Source: Syntrophorhabdaceae bacterium (lineage in GTDB: Bacteria; Desulfobacterota; Syntrophorhabdia; Syntrophorhabdales; Syntrophorhabdaceae). Taken from it: a stretch of 64,000 nt of DNA. Numbering within the stretch: position 1 is the first letter of the stretch; the number at the start of each line of letters is the position of its first letter. Below the pieces are notes generated by a model that ran no database searches, was not told where the DNA came from, and worked only from the letters and a program-made list of their open reading frames with translations. Location of the stretch: contig OY762209.1 in assembly GCA_963665295.1 (NCBI GenBank), positions 4,000,001 to 4,064,000 of the forward strand, given 5' to 3'. The position numbers were made by a program, and so were the translations under genes. Of the stretch, positions 1 through 9,157 are shown one piece after another.

Positions 1-1
1 G

Positions 2-310
2 TTCCTCGATGGAAAAAGGTGGTGGAACCGGCGTTCGGTGAAGGAATATTGCGCCCACCTGGACCAGGGAACGAGACCCGTCGAGGGGAGCGAAACCCTG
101 ACTCCCCAACAACTGCGATTGGAGAGACTTTACTTCGGTTTCAGAACCAGGGACGGCCTTTCCGTATCCGACCTTGACTGTGACGGTCCCACGGGCCGTC
201 TTGCCCTTCTGGAAAAGGAGGGCCTCGTAAGGATTGAGGGAGAGAGGGTGGTACCCACGATAGAGGGCTTTCTGGTAGCCGACCGGCTTCCTCTCATGTT
301 CGCGGACTGA
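2..310 (+). CDS. hemW: Radical SAM heme chaperone HemW/HemN-like, C-terminal part (5' truncated by window)
   Basis: The frame is open from base 2: FLDGKRWWN..., E.L...Q.RLERLYFGFRTRDG...LEKEGL...T.EGFLVAD. This matches the HemN_C region. Confidence 0.75.
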   Translation, partial: FLDGKRWWNRRSVKEYCAHLDQGTRPVEGSETLTPQQLRLERLYFGFRTRDGLSVSDLDCDGPTGRLALLEKEGLVRIEGERVVPTIEGFLVADRLPLMFAD

Positions 311-329
311 CGCCGGTCGCTCCCCGGAA

Positions 330-839
330 TTACCACTCCTTCTTTTTCTTCTTCTTGCCCTTCAGGTCGCTCTGTTCTTCTTTCCTCTGCTCGTAAATAC
401 CTTCGGTGAGGGTCCCTACTCTCTCACGCCATCTCGGATCGTCCTTATTGCTCTCCAGTTCTTCATAGAAATCCAGAATGGAGTGGTCTATCAACTTATA
501 GGGGTTCTCCTCCGAGTCGATATCAAAGTAGGCATGCCTCAGTTCATGGCGGATTATCCTCACCTTATCCTGCTTCTCGATTACTTCCCAGCACGTCCTG
601 TCGAGGGTGATAATATAGTCATATCCTTCGATGGGATCGACCCTGTCGATCGTGAGAAGTCTCAGAAGGTCGTTGGTCTTCATAATCTTGCCCAAGGTGA
701 TCCTTCCCCCGGAACTTCTCTTTTTCAGGTCGAACAATACCTTGATCTTTGCGTTTTTCAACTCGGGGAAATGCTCGGCCCGGACATCTTTCAACATCTC
801 CAATACGTCGTCCGTCACCTCTTCATATCTCAATCCCAT
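330..839 (-). CDS. Putative phage-type metallopeptidase (HExxH)
   Basis: RHELRH motif preceded by YDYIITLD..W and followed by KLIDH...DF. AAGGAGG RBS lies before the ATG at 839. Poly-Lys tail. Confidence 0.65.
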   Translation of the reverse strand: MGLRYEEVTDDVLEMLKDVRAEHFPELKNAKIKVLFDLKKRSSGGRITLGKIMKTNDLLRLLTIDRVDPIEGYDYIITLDRTCWEVIEKQDKVRIIRHELRHAYFDIDSEENPYKLIDHSILDFYEELESNKDDPRWRERVGTLTEGIYEQRKEEQSDLKGKKKKKKEW

Positions 840-922
840 ACAAACCTCCTTGATTCGTAACTCCTTTCTATATGGACGGCTGAAGCCTATCACGCCTCAT
901 GCGGATATTTCAAGAAGATTTG

Positions 923-973
923 GCCCGACTGGGTCCCACACCGGGCCGACACGGATGTGGGACCCAGTCGGGC
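923..973. repeat. 18-bp perfect inverted repeat (long hairpin) between divergent genes
   Basis: gcccgactgggtcccaca (923-940) pairs with tgtgggacccagtcgggc (956-973). Confidence 0.9.
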
Positions 974-975
974 TC

Positions 976-1004
976 TTGATATTATCACCAATATGGTTTA
1001 CTAT
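976..1004 (+). promoter_or_regulatory. Putative sigma70 promoter for slyD
   Basis: TTGATA-N17-TACTAT upstream of slyD. Confidence 0.5.
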
Positions 1005-1061
1005 ATGTGTGATCAAGAAAATATCTACTTTCTTTATCAAATCCACCGAGAAAGGAACATT

Positions 1062-1583
1062 ATGATAATATCAAACCATAAAGCAGTGACAGTTGAGTAC
1101 ACCTTGACCGATGATGCAGGCATAGTCCTCGATACCTCGAAGGGTCGCGAGCCCTTGAACTATATCCACGGCACCGGAGGTCTTCTTCCGGGGTTCGAGT
1201 CCGCCCTGGACGGCAAATCGGCCGAAGACAGTCTTTCTTTTACCCTCGAGCCCAAAGACGGCTACGGAGAACGTAACCCTACCCTTATTTTCAGCCTTCC
1301 GAGGGAAAGGTTCGGTGAAATCGATGATCTCCGGGAGGGCCTGCAGTTTGCCGTTAATGGCCCTTCGGGCGGCATGGTCATGACCGTCATCAAGGTGGGA
1401 GAAAAAGATGTGACCCTCGACGGTAATCACCCGCTCGCAGGTTGTACCCTCCACTTTGACGTGAAGGTACTTGAGGTACGCGACGCGACGGATGAAGAAA
1501 TCCAGGAATCACTCAGCAGCACAGGTTGCGGGTGCGACGCCGGGCCGAGTGAAAACGGATGCGCGGGGTGCTCGGACCACTAG
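1062..1583 (+). CDS. slyD: FKBP-type peptidyl-prolyl cis-trans isomerase SlyD
   Basis: VTVEYTL..G.VLDTS.GREPL.YIHG...DGYGERN...TLDGNHPLAG.TLHFDVKV.EVRDAT.EE; Cys-rich tail. Confidence 0.93.
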   Translation: MIISNHKAVTVEYTLTDDAGIVLDTSKGREPLNYIHGTGGLLPGFESALDGKSAEDSLSFTLEPKDGYGERNPTLIFSLPRERFGEIDDLREGLQFAVNGPSGGMVMTVIKVGEKDVTLDGNHPLAGCTLHFDVKVLEVRDATDEEIQESLSSTGCGCDAGPSENGCAGCSDH

Positions 1584-1740
1584 TCTCCCCATAGAGGGAA
1601 CCGGCGCGCCTCAATTTTCATGAAAATATTGCAGTTTTGCAAGGATCACGAAACATCAGGGGAAAGTGCACCCTGAGGAAAGCTTGCCTCAAAGAAGCGT
1701 AACTTTTCAACACAAAACAGGTTTTTAAATAGGGGGACCA

Positions 1741-1959
1741 ATGGTAATCGGTAAGATAAATAGAAGTACCCGTGAGCGCCTCATGGTAACAGTGGAAGAT
1801 GTCAAGGGCAATCAGGTTATCAACGTGGGAGTGTACAAGATCATCAATGACGGCGAACTCTCCCTGACAAGTGAAAACGTTACCTTCGCGCCGGATAAGA
1901 TTGAACTTATAATTGACCTCCTCAGGGAAGCCCAGAAGAAGACCATGCAGCACCCGTGA
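1741..1959 (+). CDS. PC4/YdbC-like (transcriptional coactivator p15) ssDNA-binding family protein, divergent
   Basis: 72 aa with the pattern IG.I.R..RERL.V.VE..KG..VI.V.VY....DGE...T...VT; GGGGGA RBS. Confidence 0.55.
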   Translation: MVIGKINRSTRERLMVTVEDVKGNQVINVGVYKIINDGELSLTSENVTFAPDKIELIIDLLREAQKKTMQHP

Positions 1960-2035
1960 ACCACAGAAGCTTGAAATAGGGGCAGAATTCAGGTATTATC
2001 TAGTCCGATAAAAAATACCCTCGCGAGGAGCGAAT

Positions 2036-3091
2036 ATGCATATCTCCATAATCGGCACAGCCGGCTCCGGTAAATCAACTCTCTTCCAGGCCTTGAGCGG
2101 TATAAATAACGATAATCCCTCTCATGTCGCATCCTTAGCCACTATCGACGTGCCCGACGAACGACTTGATGCCCTTACTCGTATTTTTGACCCGAAGAAA
2201 ACGGTCTATGCCCGGATTGAACTCTCGGACACGGTACCTATCGGCAAAGATGATCTACGGAACGAAACAATCCAGGCAAAGACGCTGCAGCAGATGCGCC
2301 TGAGCGATGCCTTCCTTCTCATTCTCCCCCACTACCGGGAAGAAGCCGGTGTCGATCCCCTGGCCGACTTCACCCTCATTTTCAGCGAGTTCATCCTGTC
2401 CGACATGTCGCAGATCGAGACACGCCTGGAGCGGATCGCCAAGCAGATGGGAAAGAAGGACAACCTCCTTCTCCAGCAGGAAAAGGAAATGCTTGAAAAG
2501 TGCCTTGACCACCTGAATGAGGAGAAACCTCTTTCCACGCTGGACCTTCTGGACAAGGAGGGAAAGACCTTCCGCGGCTTTCAGTTCATGTCTCAGAAAC
2601 CCATGCTTGTTGTTGTCAACTGTGCGGAAGAGACCCTGGGTGAACTGAATAGAGTGTCGGAGGAGGTACGCGGCAGGCTTCCCGATTACATCCCCAATGT
2701 CGTGGTCTGCGCCAAGCTCGAGGCCGAATTGTCGCTCATGTCTCCCGCCGAGCGGGAGGATTACATGCAGGCCTACGATATCAAGGAAGCGCTGAGGCCT
2801 CGTATTATACGCCTTGCTTATGAGACCCTCGGTCTCATATCCTTTTTCACCGTGGGGGAGGACGAGTGCCGCTCCTGGCCGATCCGGAAAGGGACGACGG
2901 CTCAAGAGGCTGCGGGCACCATACACACGGATTTTTACAACAAGTTCATTCGCGCAGAGACTGTCGGTTACGAGGATTTCATGCAACACGGTGGTTTTGC
3001 GGGATGCAAAAAAGCCGGCCTCTGGCGCCTTGAAGGTAAAACCTACCTGGTCCGGGACGCCGACATCCTTACAATCAGGGCAGGAAACTGA
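2036..3091 (+). CDS. ychF: YchF/Ola1-family ATPase (divergent paralogue)
   Basis: P-loop GTAGSGKST, VPDERLD, LISFFTVGEDECRSW, AAGTIHTDF...FIRAE, RLEGKTYLVRD.D (TGS domain). Confidence 0.88.
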   Translation: MHISIIGTAGSGKSTLFQALSGINNDNPSHVASLATIDVPDERLDALTRIFDPKKTVYARIELSDTVPIGKDDLRNETIQAKTLQQMRLSDAFLLILPHYREEAGVDPLADFTLIFSEFILSDMSQIETRLERIAKQMGKKDNLLLQQEKEMLEKCLDHLNEEKPLSTLDLLDKEGKTFRGFQFMSQKPMLVVVNCAEETLGELNRVSEEVRGRLPDYIPNVVVCAKLEAELSLMSPAEREDYMQAYDIKEALRPRIIRLAYETLGLISFFTVGEDECRSWPIRKGTTAQEAAGTIHTDFYNKFIRAETVGYEDFMQHGGFAGCKKAGLWRLEGKTYLVRDADILTIRAGN

Positions 3092-4361
3092 TACCCACAA
3101 TAAGGGTCTGCCCCGTCACTCCCGCGTGTAAGGTCAGCTTCTCTATCTTTTCCCTGGTCATGGCATCTTCCCCACCCGGATACCTACGGTCCTGTTGATT
3201 CTGCACGAAGGCAACGACTCCCGCCGTATCCATGGCAGCATCGAATGACAGGAGAAGGTTTTTCAGAAACTCTTCTTTTGCCTCCGTAAATCGAGGCGGC
3301 TGGGCCGGCGGTCTGGAGCGCCAGAGAATGCTGACGGATTCTATTTTCTGCGGATCCGGAGAAAGGAGCAATTCAACCTCCGACCCTTTATCCTCTTCGT
3401 CCCGGTAAATGTAAGAAAAACCGGTGCCCCCCGACTTTAAGGGGGCTGAACGTTTGCTCTTCACCTTATACTTTTGATAAAAGAGGCTCTTTTCGAATTC
3501 TGCCACGGTGCGGGGGCCTGCTTCCTTCGCCATGCTTATCTCAGGCGCCCAGAGGTTGCCTGAAATGGTGATCGTTCCCTTTCCCGCAAGGATGCCGTCC
3601 TGCGAAGATGACTCATAGGAAAGTCTCGCGTTGATCTCCGCGCCGTCTCCCGCATCCTGGATGACCCCGGCGCCTCTGATTACATAGGCGTTTCCTTTTA
3701 TGGAGACGTTTTCCGCCTCCCAGCGCCCTCCTTTGATCCTTCCTTCAATGAGTACCTCCTTAAAAGGAAGAGATGCCTTCGGGTCTTCCTTGAAAGCTAT
3801 ACCCCTGAGTTCACCGTCCTTTATCCTCAACGTGAACGTCCCTTTCTCCATGCCCCGGTCGACGAACCTCACATCTTTCGTGATCATCCCGTTCATGGCG
3901 CCACGTATCACCTTAAACCAGGGCAGAGTATTCTCGGGATACTTTGCAAGATCGACCCCGGCAAACCTGATATTGAGGACGGGCGTGCCATTTCCGAAAA
4001 CAGGCAGACCGGCCACATCAATGTTCACCTTCCCTCCGTAAGCAAAGGCGTGGGAGGAGACACGGATGCTTCCTTTTAATAAAGTAAGGGGGTTCCAGAC
4101 AAGTTCCACCTTTTCCATTTCGTAGAAGGGTTTCCCTTCTACGCCTTCATGGGCCACCATGATCTTCGATGCAGAAGCCTTTCCAAAACCCGTTCCAGCG
4201 CCGACAAAGGAAATCCTCGCCCTCCCGCTGACCGCAATATCCTGAAATACAAGCTTGAATGCCTTCTGATAGGGGAAAAAGGCAAAGAGCACAGCGCCCG
4301 TTACGGCGATGGCCCAGACAACCGCCCCGATATACAGTAGATATTTCCTGGATCGTGTCAT
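3075..4361 (-). CDS. gspN: Type II secretion protein GspN-like with an extra C-terminal domain
   Basis: N-terminal TM followed by FPY, a beta-rich AsmA/GspN-like body, and last position in the gspF-N arm. Confidence 0.6.
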   Translation of the reverse strand: MTRSRKYLLYIGAVVWAIAVTGAVLFAFFPYQKAFKLVFQDIAVSGRARISFVGAGTGFGKASASKIMVAHEGVEGKPFYEMEKVELVWNPLTLLKGSIRVSSHAFAYGGKVNIDVAGLPVFGNGTPVLNIRFAGVDLAKYPENTLPWFKVIRGAMNGMITKDVRFVDRGMEKGTFTLRIKDGELRGIAFKEDPKASLPFKEVLIEGRIKGGRWEAENVSIKGNAYVIRGAGVIQDAGDGAEINARLSYESSSQDGILAGKGTITISGNLWAPEISMAKEAGPRTVAEFEKSLFYQKYKVKSKRSAPLKSGGTGFSYIYRDEEDKGSEVELLLSPDPQKIESVSILWRSRPPAQPPRFTEAKEEFLKNLLLSFDAAMDTAGVVAFVQNQQDRRYPGGEDAMTREKIEKLTLHAGVTGQTLIVGISFLP

Positions 4362-4363
4362 CC

Positions 4364-4867
4364 TTACCTTTCCGTGATAGTTGCAAAAAGATCGATCAAT
4401 TCCTGGTCCTGGGGGAGAGTAAGCTGGAACTTCTTGAAGACCAGCCCCGAGGATTCTACCGCATTAACGAAAGATATAACCTCTCCCAGGGCGGTGCCTG
4501 TAACCTTCACCTCAACCACGGACTCGGCCTTTCCCTTCTTTTCCTTAAGTGTGACCGGCTTAAGGGCATTAAGCGTTCCGCTTACGAAATTTTTCGAGAT
4601 GAGATCTTCCATCAACCCGAGCGAGAGTGGGGCCTCCCCCGTTTTCCTTGCCGAGTCCTTCCGCGCCGCACCCGTATAGAGGAGATATTTGTCCTTAAGT
4701 GCTATAACCCTTCCAAGTTCCAGTTGTTTCAAGGCTATCTTGTGGTCGAACAGTCTCGCATCATTGAAAAAACCGTATCCTCCCCACAGGAAACTCACCA
4801 CCACCAGGGCCGCGAGCCCGTAATACGCCCTTTCCGGAACATAAGTCAGGAGGTCTTTGATGTTCAC
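4364..4867 (-). CDS. gspM: Type II secretion protein GspM-like
   Basis: Single N-terminal TM and a ferredoxin-like C-terminus (VEVKVTG..LGEVISFV.AVE); lies after gspL. Confidence 0.65.
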   Translation of the reverse strand: MNIKDLLTYVPERAYYGLAALVVVSFLWGGYGFFNDARLFDHKIALKQLELGRVIALKDKYLLYTGAARKDSARKTGEAPLSLGLMEDLISKNFVSGTLNALKPVTLKEKKGKAESVVEVKVTGTALGEVISFVNAVESSGLVFKKFQLTLPQDQELIDLFATITER

Positions 4868-6168
4868 AGTTTACCCCTTATCCTGAACTTCACCTGTCGC
4901 GCCCCCGCGAGGTCCACATTCTGGATTTCCGCCTCTTTGACCCCCCTCGCCTGCTCGACTACCCCTTTGATCTTTTCCACAGACGCAAAGGAGACTGTCG
5001 TCCCCGTAATGACAAATTCATCTCCATCATTAACATACTCGCTGATCTTCACATCTATCTGGTTATCGATCTTCGAACTCAGTTCGGCGAGAATCGCAAG
5101 AGGTGATATCCCTTGAGACGCAGGAACACCCGACCGGTCCTTTTCCACTGCTTTGACTTTATCGTCAAACACACGTTCGATATCTTTCGTGGGAGGCGCC
5201 TTGGGGAAGACGGTTCTGTAGATGGCAGTCTCCTGACGGGCCAGGTTCTGTAAGGCCTTCTCCTTCAGAAAAAGGTTGAAATAAGAAGCCCCGAAGAGCG
5301 TGAGGCTGAGGGCAAGCGCACCCGCACAGGCAAAAACGGCCCTCCTGTCAACATGAAAGACGCCGCCGCGGGCGGGGCTGATAAGATTTACCTCTTCTTT
5401 TGCCCCCAGGGCCAACAGCGCAGACCCTACTCCCGACCACGCATGTCCGGGCACGTCATCCCTCCCGAAGTACTCACTCAGCGACGGGGACTCCACCGTG
5501 AGACCGGTTGTCTTCACCAGGTTTGCTCCTACGGTCTTAAGGATGTCGTCATCCCCCATAATATAGGCAGCCTCAGGTGCAAACTCGGGAACACTGAGAT
5601 ATCCGGTCACCGCTTCGAGTATTACCTCTTCATTCCGTGAATGAAAGAACTGCCGCACCCCGAAGGGTTTCCCATTCCTGAAGGCTATGGCCACCGCCAC
5701 CTTGCCTTCCACATGGAGAAAAATAAAGTTTTTCCGGGCGATGAGGTTCAGATATCGCAAGGCATACAACGTAGATAGGCCGTTGAGGGTTACACTCCGT
5801 ATATGGTCTCCCCATTTCAGCCCTTCCACCAGAGAATTCCGGGCCGCCGCAACAAGGACATCACCCTTCCCTTGTTCCTGAAAGTCAAAGGACATCTCCT
5901 CCACGGGGAAAGGGAAAAATTCCTCGAGTTCCTCTCGTATTACGAGCCCTATCTTCCTCCTTCCACTAAAGGGAAACCTGAGCATGACCACGTATCCCGT
6001 GGACGGATCAATAGATACACCCGTGGGCTGGTCCTTGAACAAGGCGCTCAGTTCGTCCGTCGTCGAATCAGGATAGAATTCAATCCCATGAATCCCTTTA
6101 GCATCAGTGACCAGGGAAAGGCCGTACCAGCCCTCTCCGTATTGAAAGATGGAAGCTGATCTCTTCAT
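4864..6168 (-). CDS. gspL: Type II secretion protein GspL
   Basis: Actin-like cytoplasmic domain (FPFSGRRKI...EELEEFFPFPVEEM.FDF), VNL motif, TM, periplasmic domain; TGATG coupling to gspK. Confidence 0.8.
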   Translation of the reverse strand: MKRSASIFQYGEGWYGLSLVTDAKGIHGIEFYPDSTTDELSALFKDQPTGVSIDPSTGYVVMLRFPFSGRRKIGLVIREELEEFFPFPVEEMSFDFQEQGKGDVLVAAARNSLVEGLKWGDHIRSVTLNGLSTLYALRYLNLIARKNFIFLHVEGKVAVAIAFRNGKPFGVRQFFHSRNEEVILEAVTGYLSVPEFAPEAAYIMGDDDILKTVGANLVKTTGLTVESPSLSEYFGRDDVPGHAWSGVGSALLALGAKEEVNLISPARGGVFHVDRRAVFACAGALALSLTLFGASYFNLFLKEKALQNLARQETAIYRTVFPKAPPTKDIERVFDDKVKAVEKDRSGVPASQGISPLAILAELSSKIDNQIDVKISEYVNDGDEFVITGTTVSFASVEKIKGVVEQARGVKEAEIQNVDLAGARQVKFRIRGKL

Positions 6169-7172
6169 CAGGATTCCTTCCATGAAATTACAGTCACCGT
6201 CTTCTTATCTCTTTTCAGAACCGCCGTCACGTCCTTGTCGATCTTCCCCAATTTACACTTGATCCGCACGGAAAAAACAGAAGAATCGACCTTCTGATCC
6301 GCAATCCCCTTAGGAGCCTCCAACCCCATTTCCGACATGCCGGTCACCTCTTCCATGGTCTTGAAAGGCTCCTTTCCTCTCTGGCTGATGATGGCCGCCA
6401 CGATGTTATCGTTTAAGCCCCGATCCCCTCCCCGGGGACCGGGCGGCCCGCCGAGGCCGAGGCCATAGAGCAACTCGAAGGGAGCTGTGTTGAGATTCAG
6501 TTTCCCGTCCGTGGGCGCCACGGTCAGAAACTTCGCAAGTCCCCTTCCCTGGACAAGGTCCTTGTCAAACCCCTTTACCAGCAGCAGTTCTTCCAGGGAA
6601 TCGAGGGGACCGTTCTTGACCGCATAGCCTAATTCTTTGTAGTAGTCCGTCTCAGCGCCCCCGGGGTCGGTCACGGTGTCGTCCGCATCGATCCAATCCA
6701 CAAGGGCCCCCACGATCTCTTCCTTCCCTCCCAGGCGCTTTATGAGATCCTTAAGCTGGGCTTGCACGCCCGCGTCAACCTTGCCGTCTTCCCCGACAAG
6801 CCTGTTCACATTCAATTTTCTATCCTCATCCGTAACGCTGATCTCTACCTTCTCGTCACCTATAGTCAGTGCGGGAATAGTCGCCCATTTGTCCGACAAT
6901 GCATCGTAAGAGTCGTCATCGGCCTTCAGTATGCCCGTGACCGCTTCGATTCCCGAACGGGCCATTCTGACAGCTTGTATTGTATCCCTGAAGTTACCGG
7001 CTTGCAATAGATTTATCTGGGTCTTCGAATAGAAGGCGATCACCACAGGAAACAGCACGGCAATGATAAGGAGAAGCGTAATGAGAATGAACCCTTCCTC
7101 TTCCCCTCGGGCGAATCGGGCGTGGCGGTCCCGGGAAGCCTGCCATACGGACCCACGCCATTCACCCATCAC
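6168..7172 (-). CDS. gspK: Type II secretion minor pseudopilin GspK
   Basis: G|FILITLLL prepilin site, DEDRKLNVN, LVDWIDAD, KNGPLDSLEELLLVKG, KLNLNTAP. Confidence 0.93.
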   Translation of the reverse strand: MMGEWRGSVWQASRDRHARFARGEEEGFILITLLLIIAVLFPVVIAFYSKTQINLLQAGNFRDTIQAVRMARSGIEAVTGILKADDDSYDALSDKWATIPALTIGDEKVEISVTDEDRKLNVNRLVGEDGKVDAGVQAQLKDLIKRLGGKEEIVGALVDWIDADDTVTDPGGAETDYYKELGYAVKNGPLDSLEELLLVKGFDKDLVQGRGLAKFLTVAPTDGKLNLNTAPFELLYGLGLGGPPGPRGGDRGLNDNIVAAIISQRGKEPFKTMEEVTGMSEMGLEAPKGIADQKVDSSVFSVRIKCKLGKIDKDVTAVLKRDKKTVTVISWKES

Positions 7173-7783
7173 GATCCTCCGAGCAAGGTTTCTTCAGACA
7201 CGAATGCTTTTGTCTTCCCCTTCCCATCCTTCATATTCACCGTGATCTTCACCTGTCTCGGCAGCTTGCCTTCAGTGCTTTCGCCCCAGGCGTCAAGCCA
7301 GCTTGTCCCGTCGTAATAACTGAGATCGAAACCGGTGATAATCCTCGAAACCTCGAATACCGTACCCGTCTTCTTAAGGTCTGCCTTCAGGTCCCGCGCC
7401 TCCATCCTTATAAAGACCTTATCCCCTTCCAGGGTCTTTATAAGTTCATAGGCTACGCGGCTCAAACCTGTCGGGTTTTTGCCCAGGGCCGTGGAAGTGA
7501 CGAATTCAATCCGGGACGCCGCCTCAGTACCCACTTCGACAATTTCTCCTTTGAGAGGGTACTTCTGGGACGACACGACGCCCCTCAAGTCGTGCTTCAG
7601 GAGTTCCACAAGAATCCTCCCGGTTTCGAGAAGTTCCTGCTCTTCCGACGCGGCGTCAATAGTGCGGTTTATGCCGAAATATGTGGTATAGGCAATCATC
7701 AGGATAAAGGCGGACAGGCCTACGGCCAGCAACAGTTCGAGCAGGGTTACGCCCTTTTCGCCGCCCCTTGCCGGTCCGGCCAT
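7169..7783 (-). CDS. gspJ: Type II secretion minor pseudopilin GspJ (start uncertain)
   Basis: G|VTLLELLLAV N-methyl motif; C-terminal F.LSYYDG..W.DAW......LPRQVKITV. Confidence 0.85.
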   Translation of the reverse strand: MAGPARGGEKGVTLLELLLAVGLSAFILMIAYTTYFGINRTIDAASEEQELLETGRILVELLKHDLRGVVSSQKYPLKGEIVEVGTEAASRIEFVTSTALGKNPTGLSRVAYELIKTLEGDKVFIRMEARDLKADLKKTGTVFEVSRIITGFDLSYYDGTSWLDAWGESTEGKLPRQVKITVNMKDGKGKTKAFVSEETLLGGS

Positions 7784-7829
7784 ATGCGCATTCTTCCCGT
7801 TATTCACCAACCTTGTGTCCTTCCTTTTT

Positions 7830-8201
7830 TCAGCGCTTTCCCAGATATGTAGCAAGGGACACGGAGCTTCTCCTCTCATCCCAGAATACCTCCATCTCCA
7901 CAATCCGGATGTCTTCAATAGGGGATTCCCGCACAGTCTTCCGGTATCTGTAGCCATTACGGTCATCGGGGTCGACCAGTCCGTCCACCTGCCCTGTTTC
8001 CGGCCACGGTTCCCGCTCCACTTCCTTAAGACGCGCTTCCGCGATCATGGTCGCTTCCGTCAACCTTCTCGCGTGCTCCTCCATCTTCACCCCTGTAGAC
8101 ACCAGTGAAATGAAAGACACCAGGGCAATCCCCGCGATCGCGACAGCGACCGTCACCTCAAGGAGTGTGAGACCGTTCTCTGAGAGATATCTCTTCGACA
8201 T
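7830..8201 (-). CDS. gspI: Type II secretion minor pseudopilin GspI
   Basis: [13 protein letters not shown] motif; size and position fit gspI. Confidence 0.85.
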   Translation of the reverse strand: MSKRYLSENGLTLLEVTVAVAIAGIALVSFISLVSTGVKMEEHARRLTEATMIAEARLKEVEREPWPETGQVDGLVDPDDRNGYRYRKTVRESPIEDIRIVEMEVFWDERRSSVSLATYLGKR

Positions 8202-8688
8202 ATGCGTTCTGCGCTTCAACCTTTGCGGTGAGCGGCTGGATCACCACCGAATAATATTGGGTTCTCGATTCAAAGTGGATAATAGTTCTGTCTACCAGAC
8301 CGGAGGGGTAGAAATTCATCGTGCGGGTCCCTCTTATGGCCTTTTCACCGTTTATCACCACGTCTTTCAGTACATATCCTTCAGGCAGATCGAGTTGCTT
8401 CGTGGATTTGAACCCGTCAACAGGATTTATTACGCCGACACTCATCGTGTTGCCCGTAAGATCAAACTGTATGGACTTCACCTGGAAAGCGGAGATCGCG
8501 TCCTCCCTGAGGAGGGCCACTTCGATGGAGAATTTCTCCAGGAAAGATTCCGATCCTTTCTTCGAAAAGGCTCCCCAGTTAACCGCCGCAAACGACACAA
8601 GGACCGACATCAGAAAAACGACCACAAGTAGTTCAAGAAGCGTAAACCCTCTAGTCTTTTTCCAAGTCCGCGCTGGAAACATCGGCAT
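8158..8688 (-). CDS. gspH: Type II secretion minor pseudopilin GspH (start uncertain)
   Basis: [11 protein letters not shown] motif and FYPSG motif; lies after gspG. Confidence 0.85.
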   Translation of the reverse strand: MPMFPARTWKKTRGFTLLELLVVVFLMSVLVSFAAVNWGAFSKKGSESFLEKFSIEVALLREDAISAFQVKSIQFDLTGNTMSVGVINPVDGFKSTKQLDLPEGYVLKDVVINGEKAIRGTRTMNFYPSGLVDRTIIHFESRTQYYSVVIQPLTAKVEAQNAYVEEISLRERSHTP

Positions 8689-9148
8689 TCTTCCCTGTCC
8701 CTCCGGGTTCTCCGTCCGCTCCATAGCTTGTAATGACGTAATCCCTGCCCTCCGGTCCCGGCGAGATATAGTAAAAGGGGTTTCCCCACGGGTCCTTGGG
8801 CAGAGTCTTGCTTTCAAGATAACCCCCTTCTCTCCATTTCTTCGGTATCGGATTCATCTCGGGCTTGATTAGGAGCGCCTGAAGGCCCTGTTCGGTGGTC
8901 GGATACGAGCCCGTATCGAGCTTGTAGAGTTTGAGCGCACCTTCAAGGGTTCTCACATCGGTTTTGGCTTTGATACGCCGCGCCTCTTCCGGCCTCTCCA
9001 TGATCCTCGGGATAAGAAGGGTGGCCAGGATGCCGACTATGACAACCACTATCATCAATTCAATGAGCGTAAAGCCCATCTTGCCGTTTAAGGTACTCCT
9101 CGTTTCGCGGTCTGAATACATCGTCATGTAGCGCTTCATGCCACTCAC
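8651..9148 (-). CDS. gspG: Type II secretion major pseudopilin GspG
   Basis: [67 protein letters not shown]. Confidence 0.97.
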   Translation of the reverse strand: MSGMKRYMTMYSDRETRSTLNGKMGFTLIELMIVVVIVGILATLLIPRIMERPEEARRIKAKTDVRTLEGALKLYKLDTGSYPTTEQGLQALLIKPEMNPIPKKWREGGYLESKTLPKDPWGNPFYYISPGPEGRDYVITSYGADGEPGGTGKNADVSSADLEKD

Positions 9149-9157
9149 CTCAGAAAT

